Assembly (NCBI GenBank): GCA_947479535.1
Contig: CANJZQ010000005.1
Location: forward strand, 32,401-96,400
From: Oligoflexales bacterium
GTDB lineage: Bacteria > Bdellovibrionota_B > Oligoflexia > Oligoflexales > RGVZ01
Length of the DNA stretch: 64,000 nt
Reading direction: 5' to 3'
This document shows positions 30,029 through 40,344 of the stretch, one piece after another. The position numbers were made by a program, and so were the translations under genes. Under the pieces are notes generated by a model. It was not told the DNA's origin. It made no database searches and saw only the letters and a list, made by a program, of their open reading frames with translations. Position 1 is the first letter of the stretch; every line of letters begins with the position of its first letter.

Positions 30029-30140
30029 ACAAGCAGAAACGGGGCGGGTCAGGACATCGGCGGGGGCAACAGCCAGTACTAGAGGGAACTTCAGAAACGG
30101 CGGGGCATATCTTCAAGGGGTAAACCCCCGGCGGCAGGGG

Positions 30141-33100
30141 TTAGCTGCAGCCAGTGGTTCCACCGCATGAATCGCACTTTAGACACGCACCGTTGCGGAC
30201 TAGCGTCATCGCTCCGCACTCCGGACACGGATCTCCTTCGTAACCTTTCATCTTCGCAGCCTTGACCGTGTTGAGCCCTTTTTTGGCAGCAATCTTCTCT
30301 GCCATGCGGTCGAACTCTTCTTCGGACAGGGCCACTGGAACCTTTTTCTCGCCGCCAGTTTGCAGGCCGCCGACGCTGCTGGAAACGCTGTGCCCGTGAG
30401 ATCCATTGCTGGAGACCATGACCATACCTGGCATCTCCTCGTCGTCGGAGGACGTCTTGTTGGCGTGCGCCTTGGACTTCGGGGCATCAATCTCATCCGG
30501 AGCAACGTGAACCAGATCCGTACGGCCGAGGTAGTTAAGGGCCAGGTCGCGGAACATGAAGTCGATGATCGACGTTGCGCGGCGCAGGTTGTCGTGTCCA
30601 GTGACGGGGCCGTTCGGTTCAAAACGGGTGAAGGTGAAGACGTCCACGTACTCTTCGAGCGGCACGCCGTACTGCAGACCAAGGCTCACGGCGATGGCAA
30701 AACAGTTCATGATGGAGCGCAGAAGGGTACCTTCCTTGTTCAAGTCGAGGAAGATCTCGCCAACTTGACCATCCTCGTACTCGCCCGTCCTGAGGTAAAC
30801 CGTGTGTCCACCGATCTTGACCTTTTGGGTGTAGCCGCTGCGCTTGCTCGGGAGGGAACGGCGGGTGCGGACATACTCCTTGACGATCTGGGTGGTGATC
30901 TTCTTGATCTGCTCTGCTTTTGGCGCGGAATAGTCGACCTGGTCGATGATATCCAGCCATTCGGTGGCCGTGGCATTGAGGGGCTGGCTCAGTTTTGAAC
31001 CATCGCGATAGAGTGCGTTGGCCTTGAGCATCATATTCCAAGACTTCTTGTAGGACTTGGCGACGTCATCCAAATTGGCTTCAAATGGCAAGTTGATCGT
31101 CTTGCTAATTGCGCCCGAGATAAATGGTTGGGCGGCAGCCATCATGCCGATGTGGTTGTCGGCCGGGATGTAGCGAACACCTTTGCGACCACACTTGCTC
31201 GCACAGTCAAAGACCGGCAAATGGGCGGCTTTCAGGTGCGGAGCACCCTCCACCGTCATCGTGCCACACACATACTCGTTCGCGGCCTCAATCTCGGCAG
31301 CCGAGAATCCAAGCAGCTTGAGGATGTTGCAATCGATCGGTTCCAGATCTTCGGCTTTGATGCCGAGTTTCGACGTACAAAACTCTTCCCCGAGGACCCA
31401 CTTGTTAAAGGCAAACGTGATGTCGAATGCCTGCGGCAATTCTTTCTCCACCGAGGCCAAAACTTCAGGTGTAAGCCCTTTGGCTGCCAGGGTTTCGTGG
31501 TTGATGCCAGGTGCTCCCTTTAGAGTTCCCCGACCCATGCAGTAGGCAATGATGTCTGCCGTTTGCGCATCACTGTAGCCAAGGTTCGTGAGGGCCACCG
31601 GTACCGACTGGTTGATGATTTTGAAGTAACCACCACCGGCCAGTTTTTTGAATTTGACCAGGGCGAAGTCCGGCTCGATTCCGGTTGTGTCGCAATCCAT
31701 CAGCAACCCGATGGTGCCCGTTGGAGCGATCACAGTGGTCTGTGCGTTGCGGAAGCCGTGCTTTTCACCCATGGCAAGGGCTTCATCCCACGCTTTTTTC
31801 GCCGCCGCACTGAGGTCCTGCGGGCAAATCTTGTGATTGATCTCAAGGGGCTTGATGGTGAGCCCGTCGTATTTGCCGTTTGCATGAGCCGCACTGTGAT
31901 GATTGCGGATGACGCGCAGCATGTCTTTTTTGTTTTTTGCATAGTTCGGGAATGTACCCAAGGCTGCCGCCATTTCTGCACTCGTCCGGTAGCTTTCTCC
32001 GCACATGATGGCGGTTATTGATCCTGTAAAAGCCAGTGCTTCCGCAGAACCGTAGGGCATTCCCATCCGCATCAAAACGGCACCGATGTTGGCGTATCCT
32101 AAACCAAGCGTGCGGAAATCCCAGCTCTTGCGCGCGATTTCCTTGCTCGGGAACTGAGCCATTTGCACCGAGATGTCGAGGATCACGGTCCAGATGCGAG
32201 ATGCATGGATGAAGGAATCAATGTCGAAGCCATTTTTTTCATCATAGAACGTCAGCAGGTTGAGCGATGCCAGGTTGCATGCCGTGTCATCAAGGAACAT
32301 GTATTCGGAGCACGGGTTGGATGCATTGATCCGGCCATCTTGGGGACAGGTGTGCCATTCGTTGATGGTCGTGTCGAATTGGACGCCGGGATCAGCGCAG
32401 GACCAAGCCGCGTAGACGATCTTGTCCCACAGCTCGGAGGCCTTCACCGTGCGCATGGTCTCACCCGTCATGCGACTCTTGAGGGCCCACTCCGTCCCGC
32501 GTTCTGCGGCATCCATGAAGGAGTTCGGAATGCGCACAGAGTTGTTCGAGTTTTGTCCCGAAACGGTGCTGTAGGCTTCGGAGTTCCAATCTGTGTTGAA
32601 AGATTCGATTTTGAGTTTGTAGTTACCTTGCTTTGCCAGATCGATGACGCGCTGAACGTAATTCAAAGGGATATAGGCTTTGCGAGATTTTGCGATCGCT
32701 TCGCGCAGCTGTTCGTTTTTCGCCGGGTTGAAACGGTCATCCGTTTTAGCTGCATCCGCAGGAACCGAGCAGGCCTTCAAGATGGCGTTCAGGTGTTCTT
32801 CCATCGCCTTGGATCCGGCGACGAGAGAGGCAACTTTTTGTTCTTCCTCCACCTTCCATTCGATGAATTTTTCGATGTCTGGATGGTCTAGATCCAAACA
32901 AACCATTTTTGCAGCCCGGCGTGTGGTGCCACCACTTTTAATAGCACCAGCGGCGCGATCACCAATTTTAAGAAACGACATGAGGCCCGACGAGATTCCG
33001 CCACCAGAGAGCGGCTCGCCTTCGCCGCGGATGCCAGAAAAGTTGGTGCCAGTGCCGCTGCCGTATTTGAACAGGCGGGCTTCGCGGGTCCACAAATCCA

Positions 33101-33647
33101 TGATCCCACCTTCGTTGACGAGATCGTCACCGACCGATTGGATGAAGCAGGCGTGGGGTTGTGGGCGTTCGTAGGCGCTGGTGGATTTCTGGATGCGATT
33201 CGTCTCAGGGTCTACATAGTAGTGGCCTTGGCTGGAGCCCTTCAGGCCGTATGCGAAGTAGAGCCCAGTGTTGAACCACTGGGGGCTGTTAGGCGCACAC
33301 ATCTGACGCGCCAGCATGTGGCAGGTCTCATCATAGAAGGTTGCGGCATCTTCTTCGGTGTCGAAATAGCCGTAGCGGGTACCCCAATCGGCCCAGCAAC
33401 CAGCGAGGCGATGAAACACCTGGCGGCTGTCGGATTCAGCGCCGATCTTCGGGATCCCTGCGCGACGCAGGTATTTTTGCGCGAGGATGTCCGTGGCGAC
33501 CTGACTCCAGTGATCCGGCACCGTGACTTTCATTTGGCGACTGGCTTTACTGCCGTCGGAGTTCTTCAACTCTGAAGTGCGTTCAACGAACTTCAGCCCG
33601 TCATAGGGTTGGCCTTTGGTTTTGACAAACAATCTCTTAAATTTCAT
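30141..33647 (-). CDS. nrdJ: Vitamin B12-dependent (class II) ribonucleotide reductase with TSCPD domain and Zn ribbon
   Basis: [37 protein letters not shown] and LYRDGSK motifs; C-terminal CPECG...[11 protein letters not shown]; AAGGAG RBS. Confidence 0.95.
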   Translation of the reverse strand: MKFKRLFVKTKGQPYDGLKFVERTSELKNSDGSKASRQMKVTVPDHWSQVATDILAQKYLRRAGIPKIGAESDSRQVFHRLAGCWADWGTRYGYFDTEEDAATFYDETCHMLARQMCAPNSPQWFNTGLYFAYGLKGSSQGHYYVDPETNRIQKSTSAYERPQPHACFIQSVGDDLVNEGGIMDLWTREARLFKYGSGTGTNFSGIRGEGEPLSGGGISSGLMSFLKIGDRAAGAIKSGGTTRRAAKMVCLDLDHPDIEKFIEWKVEEEQKVASLVAGSKAMEEHLNAILKACSVPADAAKTDDRFNPAKNEQLREAIAKSRKAYIPLNYVQRVIDLAKQGNYKLKIESFNTDWNSEAYSTVSGQNSNNSVRIPNSFMDAAERGTEWALKSRMTGETMRTVKASELWDKIVYAAWSCADPGVQFDTTINEWHTCPQDGRINASNPCSEYMFLDDTACNLASLNLLTFYDEKNGFDIDSFIHASRIWTVILDISVQMAQFPSKEIARKSWDFRTLGLGYANIGAVLMRMGMPYGSAEALAFTGSITAIMCGESYRTSAEMAAALGTFPNYAKNKKDMLRVIRNHHSAAHANGKYDGLTIKPLEINHKICPQDLSAAAKKAWDEALAMGEKHGFRNAQTTVIAPTGTIGLLMDCDTTGIEPDFALVKFKKLAGGGYFKIINQSVPVALTNLGYSDAQTADIIAYCMGRGTLKGAPGINHETLAAKGLTPEVLASVEKELPQAFDITFAFNKWVLGEEFCTSKLGIKAEDLEPIDCNILKLLGFSAAEIEAANEYVCGTMTVEGAPHLKAAHLPVFDCASKCGRKGVRYIPADNHIGMMAAAQPFISGAISKTINLPFEANLDDVAKSYKKSWNMMLKANALYRDGSKLSQPLNATATEWLDIIDQVDYSAPKAEQIKKITTQIVKEYVRTRRSLPSKRSGYTQKVKIGGHTVYLRTGEYEDGQVGEIFLDLNKEGTLLRSIMNCFAIAVSLGLQYGVPLEEYVDVFTFTRFEPNGPVTGHDNLRRATSIIDFMFRDLALNYLGRTDLVHVAPDEIDAPKSKAHANKTSSDDEEMPGMVMVSSNGSHGHSVSSSVGGLQTGGEKKVPVALSEEEFDRMAEKIAAKKGLNTVKAAKMKGYEGDPCPECGAMTLVRNGACLKCDSCGGTTGCS

Positions 33648-33766
33648 GCCCGCACTCCTTGTGACGGCATTGTGAAACAAATTTCAGGTAAAACTTGGCC
33701 AAGGCAGTCTAAAACCGCATTTTTCCGTGTCTCGCCAGGATGTTGTAGAGGAACCAGCTACACATG

Positions 33767-33796
33767 ATGATAGCCAGCCAAAGAAGGCGATGTCAA
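33767..33796 (-). promoter_or_regulatory. Putative sigma70 promoter of nrdJ
   Basis: Minus-strand TTGACA (33796-33791), 18-bp spacer, TATCAT (33772-33767). Confidence 0.6.
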
Positions 33797-33804
33797 CGGT
33801 CGAC

Positions 33805-33852
33805 ACACAAAATATGGTGTCCACAATTTATCCACAACACCATAGGTTGTGT
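33805..33852. promoter_or_regulatory. Tandem NrdR boxes
   Basis: ACACAAAATATGGTGT (33805-33820) and ACACCATAGGTTGTGT (33837-33852), 32 bp apart, match the acaCwAtATaTwGtgt consensus. Confidence 0.85.
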
Positions 33853-33949
33853 GTTGTTTTTTGGCGCTCTTGGCTATGATGGCGAAAAAATTGATGGTTC
33901 AGAGAATTTTTTAGAACGGGCCATGGGTTTTTCCAACAGGTTATCCACA
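33828..33949 (+). promoter_or_regulatory. DnaA boxes
   Basis: Perfect TTATCCACA at 33828-33836 and 33941-33949. Confidence 0.7.
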
Positions 33950-33979
33950 GGAGCTGTTTTGGGGGTAAAAAAAGGCTGT

Positions 33980-35536
33980 TTAAAAGGCGATCACGCGCGG
34001 GATGCCAGCAGCTTTTTCTTGACGTTCCGTCTCGGGGCCGCGGCTTTCCAACGGATCATGGGTGTCGATGGCGGTTGAAGGCGTAGACGCGCTGTCCACC
34101 AATGGTTTGCGGATTGCTGTCATCCGCTTTTCCGAAAGGTAAACCTGAATGGGCAACCTGATGGTTTGCTCCTTGTTGATTTTTAGGACCTGACTGGTCC
34201 GGCGGCGAACCCCATCCACGCCAGTCGACATGACATAGTGGACAACTTGGTACTGGCCGGCAACCAGAGGCATGCGCGTTGGTCTGTCGAAAACAACATC
34301 CAGAGTCACTCCACTTAATCCTGCATCGTGCGCCTCAACCCGCAAAAGGTCGGTGATTTGGCCTTTGACGTAAACGGGCTTGGGGATGATTTCGAGATAA
34401 CCAAGGTGAATCTCTGAATCAGAAATGCCTTTGGGCATGCGGTATCTGACGTTGCGCGAACCTTCGACGCCAACTTGGACCTCTGGTTCAAAGAACAGCA
34501 GGGGAACATCGGTCACGCCCGTCGTAAACGGGAAGGGCTGGCCCGGTTGGTATAACCTCACTTCAAGATCTCCAAGGCAGTTCCACTCCCACGGTGAGCA
34601 GCCTTGATCCACCTTGATGCTTCGTGCCGGTAAATGAAGGGATTCACCCTCTTCCAATTCCACCACCTTTGGCTGGGTTGACCCGCTGAGGCGAAGCATC
34701 GTTTGACCCGGCAACACCGCATACTCTTCGTTGAGATTGAACCAGTGCCCGTCGTTCACTTCTACAAACAGCGGCGTGCCGCGAATTTGTGAGGACAGGT
34801 CAAGGTCGACCTTGGGTGATGTCATGACCTTGATGAAGGCTGGGCTGATGATGCGTTTTTCGCCATCGGCAAGGGTAACCTTCATCTTGGTTCCGTTGAC
34901 CTCGACTTCGTAGTTCCCGGGCAGCAGGTAAAGCCATTTCCCAAATTGCTGCTTCTCTGTCACCGAAACAAGGTCAGCCGCTGGTGATACGAAATAACTT
35001 AGATCGCCCGGTGTGTTCGGGCTTGCTTCGACCTTGATGGCAGAAAGCAGGAAACTTTTCACGGCTCCAGCCTTGGTTTCATCGCTGAATTCGAGCGACA
35101 GGGGCACCATACCGACAAGGATGTCATGGCTTTCGCCAATCATGCTGAGGCTAAAGCGATTCGAGAAATACTGGCGCGAGCGCGTTTTCTCGGCTCGTTT
35201 GCACTGGATGGAGAATTTGTCGTCTTCGGCCGGTGCCATGGCCGGAACGAAATTAATTTGGTGTGCGGTGAGCTGCTTGCGCTTTCCGGCGTAAATCCTG
35301 ACAGATTGGCTTGAGCAGTCGGCAAGGACGAGATAATTGCCCGCCGGCAACTTGACGTCCTCGTTGAAAGTTCCCACGAGTTCAGACACGAGTTGGATCG
35401 GGTTCTCGGAATCTACCCGGTAGATCTCATAAAGGCCGCCCTTGGAGCCGCTGACGTTGAGTGTTCCGTCGCTGCCGGGGAAGTGACACCCAACAGCCGC
35501 CAAGGAACAAACAAAGACCAGGATAATCCGTTTCAC
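33980..35536 (-). CDS. Hypothetical lipoprotein, beta-rich
   Basis: GTG start next to the upstream stop codon; lipobox-like LAAVGC. Confidence 0.7.
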   Translation of the reverse strand: MKRIILVFVCSLAAVGCHFPGSDGTLNVSGSKGGLYEIYRVDSENPIQLVSELVGTFNEDVKLPAGNYLVLADCSSQSVRIYAGKRKQLTAHQINFVPAMAPAEDDKFSIQCKRAEKTRSRQYFSNRFSLSMIGESHDILVGMVPLSLEFSDETKAGAVKSFLLSAIKVEASPNTPGDLSYFVSPAADLVSVTEKQQFGKWLYLLPGNYEVEVNGTKMKVTLADGEKRIISPAFIKVMTSPKVDLDLSSQIRGTPLFVEVNDGHWFNLNEEYAVLPGQTMLRLSGSTQPKVVELEEGESLHLPARSIKVDQGCSPWEWNCLGDLEVRLYQPGQPFPFTTGVTDVPLLFFEPEVQVGVEGSRNVRYRMPKGISDSEIHLGYLEIIPKPVYVKGQITDLLRVEAHDAGLSGVTLDVVFDRPTRMPLVAGQYQVVHYVMSTGVDGVRRRTSQVLKINKEQTIRLPIQVYLSEKRMTAIRKPLVDSASTPSTAIDTHDPLESRGPETERQEKAAGIPRVIAF

Positions 35537-35537
35537 G

Positions 35538-36389
35538 TCAGAAGGCGAAATTGGTTGCAGCACCGATCTGATAATTCTGAAACCCACCGAACCCCAAATA
35601 AACGCGAGGCCCCAAGGTGATGTTTGGCGCAAATTCCCAGTCTCCGCCCGCGTGGGCAGTGAGGATGGCGCCGGTGGCCTCTGCAGATGTTGGCGTTTGG
35701 AAGTCATCAAGGGCGTCAAGATACACGAAAACTAAACCTGCTTCCACCCCCGCTACGACCGTCATTCCCTTGACCCGCGGGTATTTCAGGTGTCCCTCGA
35801 GGCCAGCATGGTAGCCCTCCCAGACACCCCGGTAGGGTTTTGATTCCTGGGTTCCGGCCACGACAACCGGACTGTAGCGAAAGGTTCCCTTCAGGCGGAA
35901 CTTCTTGTTCTTTCGCAGCCCGAGCGCCGAATTTGGCACGTTGACCCCGAAAAGCAGGTCCGAGGACCCAGTCCTTCCAGACCCCGATGGCTTCCAGCCT
36001 GATCCGTCGCGGGTTGGCCAAACCATATTGATGGATGTGCCGATCACGAGATTTTCATTGAGAAAGCGCTCTGCCCGACCCGGTTCGACCATGGGCTCAA
36101 GTTTGGCAGACTCATCCTGGGCTTCTTCTTCTGTTGCAACCGGCGCTGCGGTCTGGGCTTCTGCAGGGACTTTCGCAGTCGCTTCAGGCGGTTTCGGAGT
36201 GAGGCCATCTGGGGCAGGTGCCGGTGACGTTGGTTCCCCGGTATCCTGTTCGCCTTTTACCGGGGGTGGCATGTCCTCCAGCCCCTTGGCAAAGGAGATA
36301 GATCCAGCCGAGGCCGCCGTGATTCCAAGGCATGCCACAAATTGGTTGAGGGTGAACCGCTTCATGCGCAGCATTTTTTTCTCCCGCAT
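35538..36389 (-). CDS. Outer-membrane beta-barrel protein with Pro/Ala-rich N-terminal linker
   Basis: Signal peptide, PAPAP linker, amphipathic strands and C-terminal F. Confidence 0.65.
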   Translation of the reverse strand: MREKKMLRMKRFTLNQFVACLGITAASAGSISFAKGLEDMPPPVKGEQDTGEPTSPAPAPDGLTPKPPEATAKVPAEAQTAAPVATEEEAQDESAKLEPMVEPGRAERFLNENLVIGTSINMVWPTRDGSGWKPSGSGRTGSSDLLFGVNVPNSALGLRKNKKFRLKGTFRYSPVVVAGTQESKPYRGVWEGYHAGLEGHLKYPRVKGMTVVAGVEAGLVFVYLDALDDFQTPTSAEATGAILTAHAGGDWEFAPNITLGPRVYLGFGGFQNYQIGAATNFAF

Positions 36390-36394
36390 CAGCG

Positions 36395-37522
36395 TTAAAG
36401 GAACACGTTCATGTGAATTGCGTACCGACGGTCTGACAGGATTTCATCTTGACCTGCCGCAGTGCCGAGTTGTTCGGCGTAGCTCGCAAGCCGAAGGCGC
36501 AAAAGCATGATGTCCAGCTGCAGTCCTGCCGTCCATTCGCCTTGGTGCAGGCCGCCTTGCAGCTTCAAAAAGTCGCCGAGCCCGTATTCCGTCCCGACGT
36601 TGATTTTTTTGCTGTAGTGGACCGGCTGATTGATTGCTGCGACATCGGCGTTCACGCTGACGTAGTGGCCATCGGTCTTGATCGGCTTGAAGCTGATGCC
36701 GGTGCTGACCGCAGGACGCCGCGCGTCGGGTGCTCCGGTGGCGCTGTCCCCGGAAGACAATGCCTTGAAGGTTGTTCCGCCAAAATCGAGGATACTCAAA
36801 CCGAATGTGGTGTCTTTTTTGGCGTCGGGGCGGAACAGGAGGCCAAGGTCGAAACCGATGCCGTAGCCACCAACGACATAGTCGGCCAAGCTGCCCGATC
36901 CACTATTGCCGTTGGAGAGGTTATCCAAGGCGTCGATGTCAAACGTTCGGTCAACCCCAAGTTGTCCGACAATTTTTGCATTCATCCCCAAGGCCAGCCG
37001 GTCGCGGAAAAAACTTCCGGCGATCCCTGCCGGAATATAAAATCGGGGTCCCGCGTTGACATCAAATGTAATGTCGTTGTGAAACGTGAGCTGTGTGGGC
37101 ATTTCCACGGCAAGCGCCAAACCAAAACCCGGCGCTACAAAATATGGCTCCATTCCAAGGCTGAACCCGAGGGGTTTCCCGCCCTGATTTTTAATCAGGT
37201 CGATCGTCTCATCGGTGCTGCCAGTGCCACTTTTAGCAAACGACGAAATGTCGCTAATCGCATTTGTGGTGTTGGCCGAGATTTCTCCGCGCAGCGCCAG
37301 TACCTCAAACGTCCAGGTCTTGAGCCACGCGAGTCCAGCCGGGTTGTAATAAAGAGCATTGAAATCGTCTGCCTGCCCGACAAAGGCGTTACCCATGCCG
37401 AGGGGGCGCACGCCAAAGTGGGTCCAGCGCAGTTCTTCGGCAAGGGCCGGCGCCCCGCCAAAGGCCATCATGGCGGCAGACACCAGGCACTTCATGCAGG
37501 CCGCGTGGACGGCGTTGCGCAT
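36395..37522 (-). CDS. FadL/PorV/TraF-like outer-membrane protein
   Basis: GVRPLGMGNAF...ADDFNALYYNPAGL N-terminal hatch motif and GFDLGLLF strand; GGGAGG RBS. Confidence 0.7.
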   Translation of the reverse strand: MRNAVHAACMKCLVSAAMMAFGGAPALAEELRWTHFGVRPLGMGNAFVGQADDFNALYYNPAGLAWLKTWTFEVLALRGEISANTTNAISDISSFAKSGTGSTDETIDLIKNQGGKPLGFSLGMEPYFVAPGFGLALAVEMPTQLTFHNDITFDVNAGPRFYIPAGIAGSFFRDRLALGMNAKIVGQLGVDRTFDIDALDNLSNGNSGSGSLADYVVGGYGIGFDLGLLFRPDAKKDTTFGLSILDFGGTTFKALSSGDSATGAPDARRPAVSTGISFKPIKTDGHYVSVNADVAAINQPVHYSKKINVGTEYGLGDFLKLQGGLHQGEWTAGLQLDIMLLRLRLASYAEQLGTAAGQDEILSDRRYAIHMNVFL

Positions 37523-37670
37523 GGAAACCTCCCGGAGGGTTGAGGCGGTTTGAGTTAACATCTGGAGGAACCCGATGACTGTACCATAAACAGTTTTACT
37601 TGCGAACGAACCGATATTGCTGGAAGAACTTTTTGAGTGTTAGGATCATGCTCTCTCTGGGAGAAACACC

Positions 37671-38285
37671 ATGTCAAAGGCTGATGTCGCCGCCGAGCGC
37701 AAGGAACAGATCGTTCGGGCGACCGTAGATTGCATATCAAAGTTCGGATATCACAATTTTTCCATGCAGGACGTGGCCCGGACTGCCGGGGTCAGCAAGG
37801 GCATCATCCACTACTATTTCCTGAACAAGGATGAGTTGATGATGTCAGTGCTGGACAAGGTTGCCGGCGACATTGAGCGAGTTCTGCAGTCCGACATGGC
37901 AAACATCGAAGACCCGTTCCAGAAGATGGAAATCTTCGTCAATGTTTGTTTTGACGTGGTCCGCAGCACGCGGGAATACTACCAGGTCAACATGGATTTC
38001 TGGACTCAGATCAACCAGAAAGACGAAGTGCGCGCAGTGATCGCCCGTCATTATGCCAAGTTCAGGGAGACCGCCGCAAAGGTTGTGCGGCAGGGATTGG
38101 AAGCCGGGAAATTCCGGAAGGTGGATCCAGCCCAGTACGGTTCTTTTGTCATCGCGGTGATTGACGGACTCAGCCTTCAGTGGCTTTTTGACGACAAGGT
38201 TTTTGATTATGACGGGATGGTGAAAGTTGCCAGTCGTTTGATCATCGAAGGCCTGCTCCCTGAACGAACCGACCAGAGGATGTGA
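37671..38285 (+). CDS. TetR/AcrR-family transcriptional regulator
   Basis: SMQDVARTAGVSKGIIHYYF HTH and IDGLSLQW C-domain. Confidence 0.92.
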   Translation: MSKADVAAERKEQIVRATVDCISKFGYHNFSMQDVARTAGVSKGIIHYYFLNKDELMMSVLDKVAGDIERVLQSDMANIEDPFQKMEIFVNVCFDVVRSTREYYQVNMDFWTQINQKDEVRAVIARHYAKFRETAAKVVRQGLEAGKFRKVDPAQYGSFVIAVIDGLSLQWLFDDKVFDYDGMVKVASRLIIEGLLPERTDQRM

Positions 38286-39358
38286 ATTTGCTGGAGGCCG
38301 TCGCCAGAATTTCATCGGGTCAACGGTTGTCGTCAAGTGATGAGCAACTCGCTCTGGAAGAGCTTGAGTCAAACGAGTGCTGGCAGCCACTATTTCGTTA
38401 CTTGGACCAGGCACTCGCCGCAGGTGGTCCAAACTTGCTGGGCCACTACTGCAGGCTCATTCGCCTCCGCTTGAATTATTTCAACGACATCCCGGCAGCC
38501 CAGGCACTGACGGCGGATTTGATCCGCAGGTGTCAGATTGATTTTCCAACACTTCACGATGTTCTTCTGAACGATCATGCCCTCCCGGATCTGGAGGCCC
38601 AGCACGAGGCTGCGTTGCTGGATGCGGCCAGTGGGGCGTTCAGCGCAACCGCCGAAAGGGTCCAGGCGCTGGAGAAACTCGCCGCAGTTTACGAAAAGCG
38701 GTTATTCAATGAGGAGAGTTTGCAGCAGGTCTTTGAGCGTTTGATTCAGCTTGATCCAGATAACATCAAGGCTCTTCGTTATTTCAAGCTGGCGTTCTCC
38801 CAAGCTCATGATTGGGAACAGGTGGCGCGCGTGCTGAAGCGCCTCACCGACGTGGTGCAAACCCGTCAGGAAAAGTTTCGCCTTGCCCACGATCTGGCCT
38901 ATTGCCTCGTGTACCACTTGAATAAGCCCCGGGATGCTATTTTAGTTTTGGATCGTCACTGCAGGGAGAGCCCTCTTGATGTTTCGCAAATCGAATATGA
39001 CGCGGCTCATCGCATGGGCGACATAGATCGTTGCATTCAGGTATTGCAGTCCGCACTTCAAAGTGTTCGTGACGATGCTGGCAAGGCGATCGTTCAATTT
39101 CGAATGGCTGACCTGTTTCGCAAATCTGGAAAAACCCGGGAAAGTGAAAAAATGCTGCAGGAGTCCCTGGCCACCTGGCAGGTTTTTTTAGATCCCTTTG
39201 AACCTTTGATCCAAATGCAAATGGCAAGCAACAGCTGGGCTCAAGTCGCAACAACGTTGCAGTCCCTCTCCCTTAGGGTTCAGGACAAGGAACTTGCCGA
39301 TCAGATCCAGCAAGCGGTGAGGCGGATTGAAGCCGGCCTTGCTGACCGGTCTCAATGA
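38282..39358 (+). CDS. TPR-repeat protein
   Basis: Helical repeats such as QLDPDNIKALRY; GTG start overlaps the TetR stop. Confidence 0.7.
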   Translation: MNLLEAVARISSGQRLSSSDEQLALEELESNECWQPLFRYLDQALAAGGPNLLGHYCRLIRLRLNYFNDIPAAQALTADLIRRCQIDFPTLHDVLLNDHALPDLEAQHEAALLDAASGAFSATAERVQALEKLAAVYEKRLFNEESLQQVFERLIQLDPDNIKALRYFKLAFSQAHDWEQVARVLKRLTDVVQTRQEKFRLAHDLAYCLVYHLNKPRDAILVLDRHCRESPLDVSQIEYDAAHRMGDIDRCIQVLQSALQSVRDDAGKAIVQFRMADLFRKSGKTRESEKMLQESLATWQVFLDPFEPLIQMQMASNSWAQVATTLQSLSLRVQDKELADQIQQAVRRIEAGLADRSQ

Positions 39359-40344
39359 AAAGTCAAATTCAAACCGCCATGGTTTCAGTTGGAACCTCCT
39401 CAGTCGGCCTCCGCGGCATCGCCTCACGGGTCATCGCCCCCGACCGTACCAGCAAGATTTTCGGCACCAGATTTGAAGAGGGTCTGGTCAAGCAAGCCAT
39501 CGGGCAATCCCTGCTTTCGTGCAGGAACGCAATGCCGTCGAGGGTTGCTGTTTTTGCATCGGAACCGGAGTTGGACGTCATTTCCCGTGGAGGTCTTTGC
39601 GGCACACTCGCGTCTGCTTTTCGCGGCAGCCTGGAATTACGTGAACTGACTCAGCCCGCGCTCAGGGATTTCATTTTGGCTCGACAGTCTTCCTCTGAAG
39701 ACGCCGTCATGGTCATTCTTTTGGGGTCGGAAAAAAGACCGGTGGCCTGGCCCCTGCCTGATTTTGAGAAACTCGTTACAAATCCACCGCAGCCCTCAGG
39801 CCACACAAATGCGAAAGACCGCAACCTGTCCTTTGGATGTTCCGGTGATTGGTTGCGGCTTGATCGCAAGGGATCATGTTCCGTCATAAACTCCAAGGCG
39901 ATTGAGTCGTCATGGTTGGCATCGGGATCATCAACGGCCTCTGCCTTTGAGTATAGTTGGGGAGTGTGGGCATCACTTCTCCCATCGCAAAAGACTCCAC
40001 AGCGTCGGATCGTTGTCGATCAGGTCAAACTGGCGTCCCGCACAGCAGGCCAACTGGTTTTATCGACCGCTGCGAGCGATAAAATAATTCAATTCCTGAA
40101 ACCATTGGAAAACGCTCCCGGAGAAAGCCTTGTGGCATCATTTCCGACGCCAGAGGCTGGGCGCTGGCTTTTTCAGGCGGCCGGAGTTCATCCCGAAATT
40201 CTAAGGCAGGTTGTTTTCTGCGAGGAGTTTCACGGTTGGGGGCCAGCCTTCAGTTTTCTCCGGTTCTCAGCCGACTATCCCACTGGCTCGCGACTGCTTG
40301 TGATGCGGGATCTGGTTTCGGTGGATCTGGTGGTGGTCAGATGA
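39355..40344 (+). CDS. Hypothetical protein, possibly a degenerate FabH/thiolase fold
   Basis: 329 aa, coupled by ATGA overlaps on both sides. Size and pattern faintly resemble KAS III; no catalytic motif is recognisable. Confidence 0.5.
   Translation: MKSQIQTAMVSVGTSSVGLRGIASRVIAPDRTSKIFGTRFEEGLVKQAIGQSLLSCRNAMPSRVAVFASEPELDVISRGGLCGTLASAFRGSLELRELTQPALRDFILARQSSSEDAVMVILLGSEKRPVAWPLPDFEKLVTNPPQPSGHTNAKDRNLSFGCSGDWLRLDRKGSCSVINSKAIESSWLASGSSTASAFEYSWGVWASLLPSQKTPQRRIVVDQVKLASRTAGQLVLSTAASDKIIQFLKPLENAPGESLVASFPTPEAGRWLFQAAGVHPEILRQVVFCEEFHGWGPAFSFLRFSADYPTGSRLLVMRDLVSVDLVVVR

Noticed and set aside
30141-33647. Intein, intron or cobalamin riboswitch at nrdJ
   Set aside because: The ORF length fits NrdJ plus TSCPD, no splicing motifs were seen, and no B12-box was recognised upstream.
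33800-33960. Possible oriC because of DnaA boxes
   Set aside because: Only two perfect boxes, no clear unwinding element, and no dnaA/dnaN/gidA context. The NrdR boxes explain the region as the nrdJ promoter.
36449-37543. 364-aa plus-strand ORF
   Set aside because: It is fully antisense to the FadL-like gene and has no motifs or RBS.
37579-37593. LexA box CTGT...ACAG
   Set aside because: The spacer is 7 bp rather than the 8 bp of the E. coli-type box; kept only as a candidate TetR operator.
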